In this document: positions 29,406 to 39,493 of the stretch, piece by piece
How positions within the stretch are numbered: the first letter of the stretch is position 1
Layout of the letters: each line of letters opens with the position of its first letter
From: an uncultured Lachnospiraceae bacterium
Lineage (GTDB): Bacteria > Bacillota > Clostridia > Lachnospirales > Lachnospiraceae
DNA: 56,047 nucleotides
Reading direction: 5' to 3'
Assembly (NCBI GenBank): GCA_905234525.1
Contig: CAJOIL010000004.1
Location: 1-56,047, forward strand
Made by a program: the position numbers and the translations under genes
Notes under the pieces: model-generated
Told to the model about the DNA's origin: nothing
Seen by the model: the letters and a program-made list of their open reading frames with translations, nothing else
The model's database searches: none

Positions 29406-32067
29406 ATGTTCTGGATTTATGACATGTAAAGTATAATATCTGCCTATCATCGGAAAGCTGCTCCATAAGCTTAAGAGCCATCTCTATCTTATCCTCATCA
29501 TAATTGGTAAACGGGTCATCTACAATCAGAATGGGCTGCTGCTTATCATACATAATATCCACAAGCGCAAGCCTTGAACAAAATGCCGCCAAATCCCTGT
29601 ATCCCTCACTCAGATACGTCATTTCCTTAGTGCTTGCTCCGACTCTTATTGCCACATTAAGATTAGTATCAATACGAAATGCATCAGCTTCAACAACATC
29701 GCCCTTCGGATCAATCATCTTAAGATATGATTGCATTCCCTGCTGCATAGGTCTCATATAAGTAGATAAAAAGTCATTCTTGGCTTCTGTCAAATACTTC
29801 TTCGTCTTCTTAAGATATGATACCTTATTATTGTATTCCTCGAGCTCTTCCTTCAAATCCTCTATCTCAGAGGAACAATTCTCACAGAATTCTATCCTCT
29901 CACTTACTTCATTAATCACTCTTAACGTATCTTTGATTTCCAATTCCAGCGACTTTATATTCTCTTCTACCTTAGTCTCTTTTTCCTGTAGCTCTTCTAC
30001 CGTATATTCACTCTCATATTCTTCATTTTCCTCTAGGAATTTATCTATTACTTCCTTGTGCTTTGATACTTTTTCGGATAGCTCCTCGTACTTTCTGGCT
30101 TCTGTTGTAATATATGTAACCTTTTGGTTAATATTATCGCCCTGAACATTGGGAAATGTGTTAAGGAATGCTGTTATCTTCTTCATGTCAGCCTCGCGTT
30201 CCTTAATTATCTCAGAGCGCTCCTTGTCATCCTCAGAATACCTTTTGTATAACTTATTATCTTCTTTGATACGCTGTATTAATTCAATCTCCGCATTTGT
30301 CGAATACAAATCCTGCACGCCGTATACATTTTGATAATGATTAAGCTCATTATACAAAGACATCTCTTCCTCAGAGAGCTGCTCAAGTGCATTCCCTCCG
30401 CTTTCAACAGCTTCCTTCTCATCAGCCAATAGCTTGTCATACTTTTCTGCCTTTACTTGTATGTCTGATATCATCTGCTGCATGGTTTCATTCGGATTAA
30501 CAAGAAAATCAGATAAAAACTCTCTGCATATTCGCTCGGAGGTCTCATATTCGTTATTAGTCTGCTCGTACTTTTCCTTAGCATCATTATAATTTTGTTC
30601 AAGCTCATTAATCAGATTCTTGGAGCTGCTGTTTTTTCTCTTATTGCTGAGTATTCCCACGCCGAACATAATAAGTGCAATAACAATGCCGGCTATTCCT
30701 ATTATCAGACCTGTAGTGGAACCAACTGCAATAATAGATATAATTGAGCCGATAAGTATAACTGCTCCTATAACAAATGTCATAATAATTGTTGATTTAT
30801 TATTGGCACTCTTATCCCTTTTTGCTTCTTCATATAAATGCTTTTGTTGCTCAAAGTAGCCTTTTGTCTCGGCGACTCTTCCCTGCAGCCTATTAACGTT
30901 CTCAGCTTCCTTTCGTATAATATCGAGTTCTTCCTTTGTTGGCTTCTTCTTATTGAAATAATACTTAAGCTCCTGCAAGGTTTCATTATCTTCATCAGAT
31001 AGCTTAGCATGCTCCTTTTGCACTCTAAGCTCAGACAACCTGTTGGCTCTCTCTGTCCAATCATCAATAACGCTATCATCAATAGGCTCGTCAAAAAGTC
31101 TCTTTAACTCTTCTATCTTATCATCATCGGGCATGCCTTCGTAAATCTTATCCAGCTGTCCCTGTAAGACATCTGTCTTCGTTGCTATATCATAATATTC
31201 CTTAAATTCCTCGTTCTCGGGAATACCATTTACAAAGAAATCATCAAGCTCATCTAACTCCTTTTTCTCTTCTTCGTATAGCTTAAGAACGGAATTATAC
31301 TCGCCTCTTTTTTGATCCATTTCACTTTGCTTTGTTATCTTGGCTTTGAGCTCTTCCTTTTCCTTGTTAAGCTCATCACGTCTTTTTTCTTTTTCGTTAA
31401 GAAGCTCATGATTTCTGTATTCTGATTCCAAGAGACTGTCATATATCTCAGTCTCTTCCTTTAATGCATTAATCTTGCTCTTAACAATTGGGATTTTGCC
31501 CTTATTCTCCTTGCCATCGAAGTTATATACCTTAACCTCTTTATCAATTCTATCTATTGCTCCGTCAAAATTATTAATGTCATCCTGAACAGTCACAAGA
31601 TCACCGAGCTTACCGTTAATTGCTCCTGTCATCGCAGGCATAATATCACTCTGCGGTATATAGATTGACTTCATAAAGGAATCTCTGTCTATCTCAAACA
31701 GCTCTTCTCCTAAATTCTTACTGTAATCATTGGAAACAAGATTAGTTTCTTCATCATATAAAGCAAATGTGTCTTTTTTTTCAGATTCGACAAATGTTCG
31801 CTCTACTCTGTAGCGCTTATCACCTACTCTGAAATTCATACTACCGCCATAAACTCCGCCGCTCCAGGGCTTGTATTTCCTTCTTGCGGAAATAATCTTT
31901 TTCTTGCCGGAGGCGGGATTGCCATAAAACATCGATGTAATAAAAGAGCATAAAGTAGACTTGCCCCATCCGTTACTCTCTAAGATAACGTTTAGACCAT
32001 CTTTAAAATCTATTTGCTTGTCAACAAAATTACCATAGCCGGCAATATTGCACGATTCAATTATCAT
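29404..32067 (-). CDS. SMC/SbcC-like AAA ATPase of the YhaN type, with long coiled coils and a central pair of TM helices
   Basis: Walker A ESNGWGKSTL at the N-terminus; C-terminal signature-like LSEGYRD and Walker B ILIVDDPF. The start was set at ATG 32067 (MIIESCNIAGYG), which has AGAGGAGA upstream, not at 32172. Confidence 0.8.
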   Translation of the reverse strand: MIIESCNIAGYGNFVDKQIDFKDGLNVILESNGWGKSTLCSFITSMFYGNPASGKKKIISARRKYKPWSGGVYGGSMNFRVGDKRYRVERTFVESEKKDTFALYDEETNLVSNDYSKNLGEELFEIDRDSFMKSIYIPQSDIMPAMTGAINGKLGDLVTVQDDINNFDGAIDRIDKEVKVYNFDGKENKGKIPIVKSKINALKEETEIYDSLLESEYRNHELLNEKEKRRDELNKEKEELKAKITKQSEMDQKRGEYNSVLKLYEEEKKELDELDDFFVNGIPENEEFKEYYDIATKTDVLQGQLDKIYEGMPDDDKIEELKRLFDEPIDDSVIDDWTERANRLSELRVQKEHAKLSDEDNETLQELKYYFNKKKPTKEELDIIRKEAENVNRLQGRVAETKGYFEQQKHLYEEAKRDKSANNKSTIIMTFVIGAVILIGSIISIIAVGSTTGLIIGIAGIVIALIMFGVGILSNKRKNSSSKNLINELEQNYNDAKEKYEQTNNEYETSERICREFLSDFLVNPNETMQQMISDIQVKAEKYDKLLADEKEAVESGGNALEQLSEEEMSLYNELNHYQNVYGVQDLYSTNAEIELIQRIKEDNKLYKRYSEDDKERSEIIKEREADMKKITAFLNTFPNVQGDNINQKVTYITTEARKYEELSEKVSKHKEVIDKFLEENEEYESEYTVEELQEKETKVEENIKSLELEIKDTLRVINEVSERIEFCENCSSEIEDLKEELEEYNNKVSYLKKTKKYLTEAKNDFLSTYMRPMQQGMQSYLKMIDPKGDVVEADAFRIDTNLNVAIRVGASTKEMTYLSEGYRDLAAFCSRLALVDIMYDKQQPILIVDDPFTNYDEDKIEMALKLMEQLSDDRQILYFTCHKSRT

Positions 32068-32241
32068 ACTTATAATTTCTCCTCTTGAGGCTGTCCTAAA
32101 ACTGCTTGTAGTGAAAAGTGATTCCCAATTTGTCCGAGAATAAAGCCTAATGAGGGAGGCGATGTGGAACATCGTTGACTGACGGGCAAAGTGGGGATTA
32201 ATTTTCGCTGCAATGAGTTTTCGGACAGTCTCCCTTGATTG

Positions 32242-33339
32242 TTATATATCAAGATTCTCTCCTCTAAGCGCTTTGATGCCAAGCTCTACAATAATAGACT
32301 TGTCTTCATCACTAACATCCGATTGTCGCTCCAACAAGCGTACAAACTCTCCCTTAAGACTCCTATCGTTGGCAAAGCTTGCATAATCAACCTCCACCGT
32401 TGTATGGTCTTTGACTCTGAAGAAATAAAAATGATCGCTGAATTCTCTTTTTATCCTTCTTACATCAATGTCAACCAAATCATCCATATTTGTCTTGCCT
32501 ACAAGAATAATCTCAACAAGGTCCTTGTTCTTGATGTCTAAAGTCACATCACTAATCTTATCAATGATGTCTCTCATGGAATCATTGGGGGTAACCTCTA
32601 CCTCTAATCTATATATAATTCTATTGGCAAACGGAACAAAGGTATCAATTATCTTACCCTCTTCGTCTATATCAAGCAAGACAAACCCCTTATTACCTGC
32701 CTCATCAAAGCCCCTGCCTTCAAGGCAACCGGGATAGACAAATACACCTCTGTCATCTAATTGCTCTCTAATATACTTATGGATATGACCAAGCGCAAGA
32801 TAATCTATATGCTTATTCTTCAAATCATTAAAATTAATCTCATATACCTTCTTTTCGCCCTTGTGATTGGCTGCTCCGCAATGTAATGTAACAATATTGC
32901 ATTTGCCCGGGTCAAGCACTAAGGAGTGTGCGATATCCTTATAATTATCTTCAGTAAGCTCAACTCCCTTAATGACAACATTGCCGGATTCATACTTGGT
33001 CCATTCCGGTCCCTGTATCAGTGTGACATTATCCGGAATCTCGTATTCGCCCTCAAATACTCCGCGCTTATCATGGTTACCCTTAAGAAACACAAAATTA
33101 ATACTCTCATGCTCTGATATCTGTTCAAATATACGTCTTATCGGAGTCTTGCGTGTCGATTTTCTGTCAAATGTGTCGCCCGCAAAAATAATTATGCTGA
33201 CGTCGTTATTCACTGCATAGTCAACAAGACGAGAGAAATTGTCAAGAATTTCGTCTCGCCTGTCCTTAGCTTTGCTTTCGTCTAATAAGTTCTTGAGGGG
33301 CGACTCCAAATGTAAGTCGGCACAATGTATTATGCGCAT
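32242..33339 (-). CDS. Metallophosphoesterase, SbcD/Mre11-like DNA repair exonuclease (YhaO type)
   Basis: Calcineurin-like motifs are present in order: IIHCADLHL, GDTFD, GNHD, LHCG, GHIH. Confidence 0.85.
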   Translation of the reverse strand: MRIIHCADLHLESPLKNLLDESKAKDRRDEILDNFSRLVDYAVNNDVSIIIFAGDTFDRKSTRKTPIRRIFEQISEHESINFVFLKGNHDKRGVFEGEYEIPDNVTLIQGPEWTKYESGNVVIKGVELTEDNYKDIAHSLVLDPGKCNIVTLHCGAANHKGEKKVYEINFNDLKNKHIDYLALGHIHKYIREQLDDRGVFVYPGCLEGRGFDEAGNKGFVLLDIDEEGKIIDTFVPFANRIIYRLEVEVTPNDSMRDIIDKISDVTLDIKNKDLVEIILVGKTNMDDLVDIDVRRIKREFSDHFYFFRVKDHTTVEVDYASFANDRSLKGEFVRLLERQSDVSDEDKSIIVELGIKALRGENLDI

Positions 33340-33346
33340 AATTTTA

Positions 33347-33577
33347 CTCCTGTACTTCGGGTACTTTCAGCCAAATAATCCCTTCTCAGACCTTTTCGTA
33401 TCTCATAGTTGCTCCTGTACTTCGGACACTTTCAGCCAAATAATCCCTTCTCAGACATGCTCTCGCTCTGAACGGGTACCCCTAGCGGACGCTAAGCTCT
33501 CACAAGCTGCGCTTGTGAATCGCTAAGCGCCGAGACCCGTTAAGGTCTGAGAAGGGATTATTCGTCTGAAAGTGCCG
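33347..33577. repeat. Nested palindromic intergenic repeat element (unit A of a family also present at 43109-43470)
   Basis: A 45-nt direct repeat occurs twice (33347-33391 and 33412-33456, 2 mismatches). An inverted copy lies at 33545-33577. Together they enclose a core (33457-33544) shared with 43156-43250. Confidence 0.8.
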
Positions 33578-33584
33578 TGGCATA

Positions 33585-34568
33585 TTACAATAAGTGTTCT
33601 CTTATATACTCCCCACTCATAGAGGTAAGATAAGCGGGTGGAATATCGAATACCGTCTTCGCTCCGGCAACGCCTTCCTTAGACAATCTGTCAACCGCTC
33701 TTGCAAATGATACAATAATACTTGATGTAAATCCCGGGTTAGAATCAAGCTTAATAGAATACTCAACAACATGTGTATCCTCAAGATTCCAGCCGGTCTT
33801 ACCGCTTCTTATAACAAAACCACCATGAGGAATTCCACTGTGATTCTTATTAAACTCATCTTCATCAATAAAATGAACCGTTGTATCATAGTCTGCAAAA
33901 TAATTAGGCATTTCACAGATTTCTTTTTCAATTGATGCCGCATCTGCACCATCTTCAAGCACAGCGAAGACTTCTCTTGTATGCTTCTGTCTTGTTGAAA
34001 GCTTTGGATTGCTTCCGCTTCTTACAGCCTCTAATGCCTCTTCAACAGGGATGGTGTATTGCTTAGCATTCTTAACTCCCTTGATACGACGTACGGCATC
34101 TGAATGACCTTGGCTTACGCCCTTACCCCAGAATGTATAATCCGTTCCTTCAGGCAAGAACGCATTACCATACAATCTCATAAGCGAGAACATGCCCGGG
34201 TCCCATCCGCATGAAATAAGTCCTACATGGGAATTCTCCTTAGCTGCCTTATCAACATTTGCAAAATGTGTAGGAATATTAGCATGTGTATCAAACGAAT
34301 CAACCACGTTAAACAGCTTAGCATACTCGGGCGTCTGCTTCGGAAGATCCGTTGCGGAACCACCACAAAGTATCATAACATCAATCATGTCCGTATAATT
34401 GGACACATTATCAACCGAATCAACTTTAACTCCTTCAGACTGAATCTGTAGGCTCGCCGGATCTCTCCTTGTGAAAACAGCCACAAGCTCCATATCATCA
34501 TTTTGCTTAATAGCCGATTCTACTCCTCTTCCTAAATTACCGTAACCGATAATACCTATTTTAGTCAT
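33585..34568 (-). CDS. ddh: meso-Diaminopimelate D-dehydrogenase
   Basis: 327 aa. IGIIGYGNLGRGVE, CGGSATD, GWDPGMFS, FWGKGVSQGHSDAVRRI and PHGGFVI are collinear with Corynebacterium Ddh as remembered. Confidence 0.9.
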   Translation of the reverse strand: MTKIGIIGYGNLGRGVESAIKQNDDMELVAVFTRRDPASLQIQSEGVKVDSVDNVSNYTDMIDVMILCGGSATDLPKQTPEYAKLFNVVDSFDTHANIPTHFANVDKAAKENSHVGLISCGWDPGMFSLMRLYGNAFLPEGTDYTFWGKGVSQGHSDAVRRIKGVKNAKQYTIPVEEALEAVRSGSNPKLSTRQKHTREVFAVLEDGADAASIEKEICEMPNYFADYDTTVHFIDEDEFNKNHSGIPHGGFVIRSGKTGWNLEDTHVVEYSIKLDSNPGFTSSIIVSFARAVDRLSKEGVAGAKTVFDIPPAYLTSMSGEYIREHLL

Positions 34569-34603
34569 AACATTACCTTCCTTTCTTATGAATAGTTGCC
34601 TTC

Positions 34604-36742
34604 TTATTGTGCCTGCAATACTTCTGTCTTGGGCAAATTAACAATCATCTCATTAGATGTCCTAAACACCGTATCACTGGAGCCTAATTGATTAACAACA
34701 ATTGTATCTCCGTTCTTAACGGCATCTTCATCAATTGTCAAACACTGACCACTCTTATAGCCTGTGGCTACCTTCTTGCCATTGACATATACTTTACTCC
34801 ACTTCGTGAAATTCTGTCCGTATATATGCACCTCGTTATCGAAGCGATACATTCTCTCAACAACAACATCCTTAACACCCATTATAAGATTAGATGCCGG
34901 ATACATATCCTGACCCTTGTATGCGTATCTCTCACCATACAACAGGTCATATTGCAACAGCCTGAGTCCGTCCTTATATTCATCCGAGCTTACAGGCACA
35001 CCATCCCCGGTACGACACTCATTATAATTAATTACCGTTCCTTCATGTATACCAAGTCTGTCAAGGAATCGTGGCACAAGCTGATATGACGTTAACTCCA
35101 TATCTTCCTTGGACATGCCGAAATTATTCCAAATATAATACTTCGTCTTATACAAGTCATGAGTAGATATTTCATCTTCCGTAAGACCCATTGTCGGCAA
35201 ATGGTCGCCGAAGAAGATAACTATTGTCTTCTCATCCCTTGATGCGAGCGACTCGCAATAGTTCTTCATGAATGTATCCATCTCATGCGCTCTGTTGATA
35301 TAATATGTCCATTGATTGGTAAGCTCTTCCGACTTGCCATTACACTTCACTTTAATTGCCTGGTCGTTCGGATAAGGCACCTTCGGATAATCACCGTGTG
35401 TTCCGACCGTAATTGTATACAGCACATCCGGACCCGGCGTTGAATCCATCGCATCTTGGCTTGCACCAATCAGAATATCATCGGTCGGCCATGAACCCAT
35501 AGGTGTATACTCCGTAATATCTAACATCTCTTTACTCTGGAACGAATCAAATCCCATGAGCGTAAACGCATTTCTTCTCGAATAGAAATTACCGCCGTTA
35601 TTATGAACTACATGAGAGCTGTATCCGAGACTCTTAAGCGCTGACGCAACCGATTCACATCTATCGACGTCCTTAAGCACAGTCTTCTGCGGATATTCAC
35701 CCGGTCCCAAGAATTGACAAGACATACTTGTAAGCACCTCGAACTCGGTATTACATGTACCTGCGCCGACAACCGGTACCGTAAGCTGACCTGTTGAAAA
35801 TTCCTTTTCTAAGCTATGTGAATAAGGCAATGGGTCCTCTGAGGTTTCAATAAAATCAATCTGAGACACATCATAAAATGACTCTAATAGCACAACAACT
35901 ATATTAGGTCTTTCGTCCTCCTTGATAGTTGACTCCTCGCTTGTCTCATCAACCAATGCAAGAACATTTTCTTCATTATAAACAAGCGGCTTACTCATAC
36001 CTCTATCGAAGACACTGGTACCAAAGCCATACAAGAATCCGTAATCGTAATAACCCTGCTGCAAATTACCGAAATATGCGGTCAAAACCTGCTTGTTCTG
36101 CAAAAACTTCGTAACTAAAGGAATCGATACAAAGCAAAGGGCTACGATAATAAGTCTCGCCCAAAACGGCGTCTTATATGTCACCTTCTTGCCTTTGCGA
36201 AACAGTTTTATCATAAGAAGGATATATATCAGTATCGCCACTATTGCTATCGCTGCCTGCCCCGCAGTAAAATAACCCGTTCCCTGCATAGTCAAGAGAT
36301 CGGTTATCAGGTTAAGGTCTGTAAAGCCAAAGGGTGTAACACGATTAAGAAGAATGATTCCATTCGTTATTCCAAGCATAACAATGACAGCCGAGACAAT
36401 CATTCTGCAGAAGGTCTGCCTTTTGAACAGATAACACAGACTGTATAATACAAATATCAAAAATGAATTATACAAAAATGCTCCGGTATGCTCACCTACA
36501 AATACGCATGTTTTAACAAATGAATGTCTTGCCATCCATTCTATAACAAAGCACATCGCAAGCGACAACGGAATATGCATAATAAAAGAATATTTATTAA
36601 GAAAGGCTGTAAACTTCTTGAGCTTTTCGCTTTCTTTAATCTTGATTATAAATTTCGGCGTCGGTATTTTCTTAAATATGCCACTAATTATGCTACCTAT
36701 ATTCTTAAAAAAGTTCCCTATTTTAGAAAAAAAGTTCTTCAT
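34604..36742 (-). CDS. LTA synthase family (sulfatase-fold) membrane protein with an extra C-terminal beta-rich domain
   Basis: Five N-terminal TM helices followed by a sulfatase domain (PNIVVVLLESF, TCNTEFE, HNNGGNFYSRRN, FFGDHLP). Confidence 0.8.
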   Translation of the reverse strand: MKNFFSKIGNFFKNIGSIISGIFKKIPTPKFIIKIKESEKLKKFTAFLNKYSFIMHIPLSLAMCFVIEWMARHSFVKTCVFVGEHTGAFLYNSFLIFVLYSLCYLFKRQTFCRMIVSAVIVMLGITNGIILLNRVTPFGFTDLNLITDLLTMQGTGYFTAGQAAIAIVAILIYILLMIKLFRKGKKVTYKTPFWARLIIVALCFVSIPLVTKFLQNKQVLTAYFGNLQQGYYDYGFLYGFGTSVFDRGMSKPLVYNEENVLALVDETSEESTIKEDERPNIVVVLLESFYDVSQIDFIETSEDPLPYSHSLEKEFSTGQLTVPVVGAGTCNTEFEVLTSMSCQFLGPGEYPQKTVLKDVDRCESVASALKSLGYSSHVVHNNGGNFYSRRNAFTLMGFDSFQSKEMLDITEYTPMGSWPTDDILIGASQDAMDSTPGPDVLYTITVGTHGDYPKVPYPNDQAIKVKCNGKSEELTNQWTYYINRAHEMDTFMKNYCESLASRDEKTIVIFFGDHLPTMGLTEDEISTHDLYKTKYYIWNNFGMSKEDMELTSYQLVPRFLDRLGIHEGTVINYNECRTGDGVPVSSDEYKDGLRLLQYDLLYGERYAYKGQDMYPASNLIMGVKDVVVERMYRFDNEVHIYGQNFTKWSKVYVNGKKVATGYKSGQCLTIDEDAVKNGDTIVVNQLGSSDTVFRTSNEMIVNLPKTEVLQAQ

Positions 36743-36866
36743 AGCTTCTCCATTTTATATGACATAAAATACCGATAGATTATACCATTTTACCCCTTTT
36801 TTTTCAAGGATTGGTGTTATATAATGTATGGAGCGTTTCGCTGAAAGCGAAATATAAGGAGACAAC

Positions 36867-39425
36867 ATGCGTTCAAGATCAAGATTTCCAAGACTTAACA
36901 AAAGTTTAAAAAAACAAATAATGATAGCCATTATTATTTTTGTGGCTACTTTTATAATATTTACGGTTATATTCAACATTAAGCGTACACATGCATCCGA
37001 CGACATGAAGGGGGCTTCCCTTCCCACAATATCATCGGAAGCCTTTGGCACTACTATCGGAGAGCTACACGGCTACAAGGAAGAGATGGATGCCTGCTAT
37101 ATGAGAGATTCCGTTATTCCTCTTACCTCCGACAGAAAGCTTCCGCTTGACATTAATACCTTCGGTAACTCAATTGATTCAATTTCCTATGAGATTAGAT
37201 CAACTGATATGGAGCGCAAAATCGCCGAAACTAAGGTTACTGATTATGAGCAATCCGATAATCGTATAAAGCTTAACCTTCAAATTGAGAATCTAACGGA
37301 AGAAGGTACGGAATATCTGTTTATTATCAAATTAAAAATAAACGGACAAGATGTGCGCTACTACACGCGAATTCTTATTCCCGTAAATTGTCACGAGAAG
37401 GAACTCTTTGATTTCATCAAGTATTTCCACGAGACATCTCTTAGCGACAACTACAATGAGCTTAGCATGTATTTAGAGACGTCAGAGAATTCAAATCACG
37501 ACACCTTAGCAGATATTAATCTCGAATCAACCGTCGACCAGATAGGCTTTAGCGGCTTTGACGCCACAGAGGTTTCAAGTCCTATAATCGAAATCAAAGA
37601 TATTAATTCTGACTACTGTGTATATGAGGTGACATATCAACTACAGCTTAACGAGAATGGCGAGCCATCTTATTTCAACGTTAAGGAGTATTATAAGGTA
37701 AGATATACACCATCCAGAGTGTTTATACTTGATTATCGTCGCAATATGGAGGAGATTCTTAACAGTAATAAGGTTATCCAGGAAGGCAACACCCTTAATC
37801 TCGGAATCACTTCAAGCAACGTTAATTATCTATCCAACGAGACAGGAACAATTACATGCTTTGAGCAAGGCGGAGAGCTATTCGAATACAATCAGAACGA
37901 AGGAAGACTAATCAAGCTATTTAGCTTCCTTGAAGGTAATATCAATGATTCACGCGGATACTACGATTCACACTCCATCAAAATTCTTTCCATTAACGAG
38001 AATGGTGATGTTAATTTCGCGGTATACGGCTATATGAACAGGGGCGACCACGAGGGATATTGTGGTATTGACCTCTACAGATATGATGCAAGGACTAAGA
38101 TGACAATTGAAGAGGCTTTTGTTGCTACCACTTGCTCATACCAGATACTTAAGGCAAGCTTCTCGGATTTGTTATACAAAGCCAATGACAAATATTTCTA
38201 TGTAATGATTGCCGGTAATCTCGTTAAAATTAATCTTAAGAACGATACAATGACTAACGTCTTAGAGGGCTTGGAGCACGGACAATATGCTGCATCCAAA
38301 TCGGGACGATACATAGCATACACAAGCACCCCTAACAAGGCAAATTCGCTTATTGTTGAAGACCTCAGTAACGAAAGCACATTTACAATAGAAGCAGGTA
38401 GCGGCAAATACATTAAGCCGCTTGCGTTTATGGATGAAGACCTTGTATATGGACTTGTAAATGTTGATGATGTAGGCAACAATATAGCCGGCGCAACCAT
38501 TTATCCGATTACAGATATCGAAATTGTACAAATAACATTACCTGAGCATCCGATTCTTAAGGAATACCACAAGGACGGCTACTACGTAACCGATGCGAAT
38601 CTTGATGCTCATACGCTAACACTAAATCGAGTTACGAAAAGCGATGCCGGTTACGCAGAAGCAGACATTGACACAATCAAAAATACCGCAGGCGAAGCAG
38701 GAAGGGCTGTTGATTTTATTGCCAAAAAGGATGATGTTCGCGGAGAAATCACAATCTTAAAAAGCACTAAGCCGGATGATAAGAATCCGATACCTGCATA
38801 CAACTACATTACAGCCGACACACATTTCATAGGAAGTGACAGTACAATTACAGTTAATGCCAATAACACCAACGACGAATACTTCGTATACATAGGAAGT
38901 CAAGTACTTATGGCCAGCAGCAACACCTCTGATGCAATCAACGTTGCGGATGAGCAAATGGGTATCGTTGTAGATAATAATTCAACCTATATATGGAAGC
39001 GAGGACGCAAGTCATATGTCAATGCATTTACCGGATTACAGGTTGGCGACAAGGACACCAAGGCTGACACCATATCAAAATGCATCAGTACAATGCTTGT
39101 AAAGGAAGGACTTAATGTCGAGGTTAATAAATATATCGAAGAGGGTCAGGGACCTTACGAGATACTCAAGAATATAATGAAGAATTACAAGGTATTAGAC
39201 CTAACCGGATGTTCACTGTCCGAAGTACTGTACTATGTATCGCAAGGCAGTCCCGTGCTTGCAATTACCGGCGCCGATGACGCAACACTTATTGTCGGAT
39301 ATGATGCGGGAAGCATCGTAACATATAACCCTAACACCGGTGCATATGTACGACAAGGCATGAACGAAGCAAGCGCCAGATTCGAAGCCAACAACAATGT
39401 ATTCATATCATACATATCTAAGTAA
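36867..39425 (+). CDS. Large membrane-anchored hypothetical protein (852 aa)
   Basis: RBS AAGGAGA and a single N-terminal TM helix (IMIAIIIFVATFIIFTVIF). The body is a long, beta-rich extracytoplasmic region, and I recognise no family. Confidence 0.6.
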   Translation: MRSRSRFPRLNKSLKKQIMIAIIIFVATFIIFTVIFNIKRTHASDDMKGASLPTISSEAFGTTIGELHGYKEEMDACYMRDSVIPLTSDRKLPLDINTFGNSIDSISYEIRSTDMERKIAETKVTDYEQSDNRIKLNLQIENLTEEGTEYLFIIKLKINGQDVRYYTRILIPVNCHEKELFDFIKYFHETSLSDNYNELSMYLETSENSNHDTLADINLESTVDQIGFSGFDATEVSSPIIEIKDINSDYCVYEVTYQLQLNENGEPSYFNVKEYYKVRYTPSRVFILDYRRNMEEILNSNKVIQEGNTLNLGITSSNVNYLSNETGTITCFEQGGELFEYNQNEGRLIKLFSFLEGNINDSRGYYDSHSIKILSINENGDVNFAVYGYMNRGDHEGYCGIDLYRYDARTKMTIEEAFVATTCSYQILKASFSDLLYKANDKYFYVMIAGNLVKINLKNDTMTNVLEGLEHGQYAASKSGRYIAYTSTPNKANSLIVEDLSNESTFTIEAGSGKYIKPLAFMDEDLVYGLVNVDDVGNNIAGATIYPITDIEIVQITLPEHPILKEYHKDGYYVTDANLDAHTLTLNRVTKSDAGYAEADIDTIKNTAGEAGRAVDFIAKKDDVRGEITILKSTKPDDKNPIPAYNYITADTHFIGSDSTITVNANNTNDEYFVYIGSQVLMASSNTSDAINVADEQMGIVVDNNSTYIWKRGRKSYVNAFTGLQVGDKDTKADTISKCISTMLVKEGLNVEVNKYIEEGQGPYEILKNIMKNYKVLDLTGCSLSEVLYYVSQGSPVLAITGADDATLIVGYDAGSIVTYNPNTGAYVRQGMNEASARFEANNNVFISYISK

Positions 39426-39440
39426 TCAGCAACATAAAAT

Positions 39441-39482
39441 CCCCCTCACTGATTAGGAAGAAAAACCAAGTCAGTGAGGGGG
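39441..39482. terminator. Bidirectional terminator hairpin between convergent genes
   Basis: CCCCCTCACTGA...TCAGTGAGGGGG, a 12-bp perfect stem with an 18-nt loop. Confidence 0.6.
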
Positions 39483-39493
39483 AACCCTTAATA

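Noticed and set aside
32068-32172. N-terminal extension of the ATPase ORF (MFHIASLIRLYSRTNWESLF...).
   Set aside because: There is no RBS and the residues do not look like a homologue. The internal ATG at 32067 has a strong AGAGGAGA RBS and begins exactly at the conserved Rad50/SbcC-type N-terminus with Walker A.
33347-33577. Possible CRISPR array, given the repeated 45-mers here and at 43.1-43.5 kb.
   Set aside because: There are only two direct copies plus an inverted copy. There is no regular repeat-spacer periodicity and no cas genes. The architecture is a nested palindrome, not an array.
36755-37051. 98-aa minus-strand ORF spanning the divergent promoter region and the start of the 852-aa gene.
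   Set aside because: It overlaps the well-supported plus-strand start (RBS AAGGAGA) and has no RBS of its own. It is a shadow ORF.
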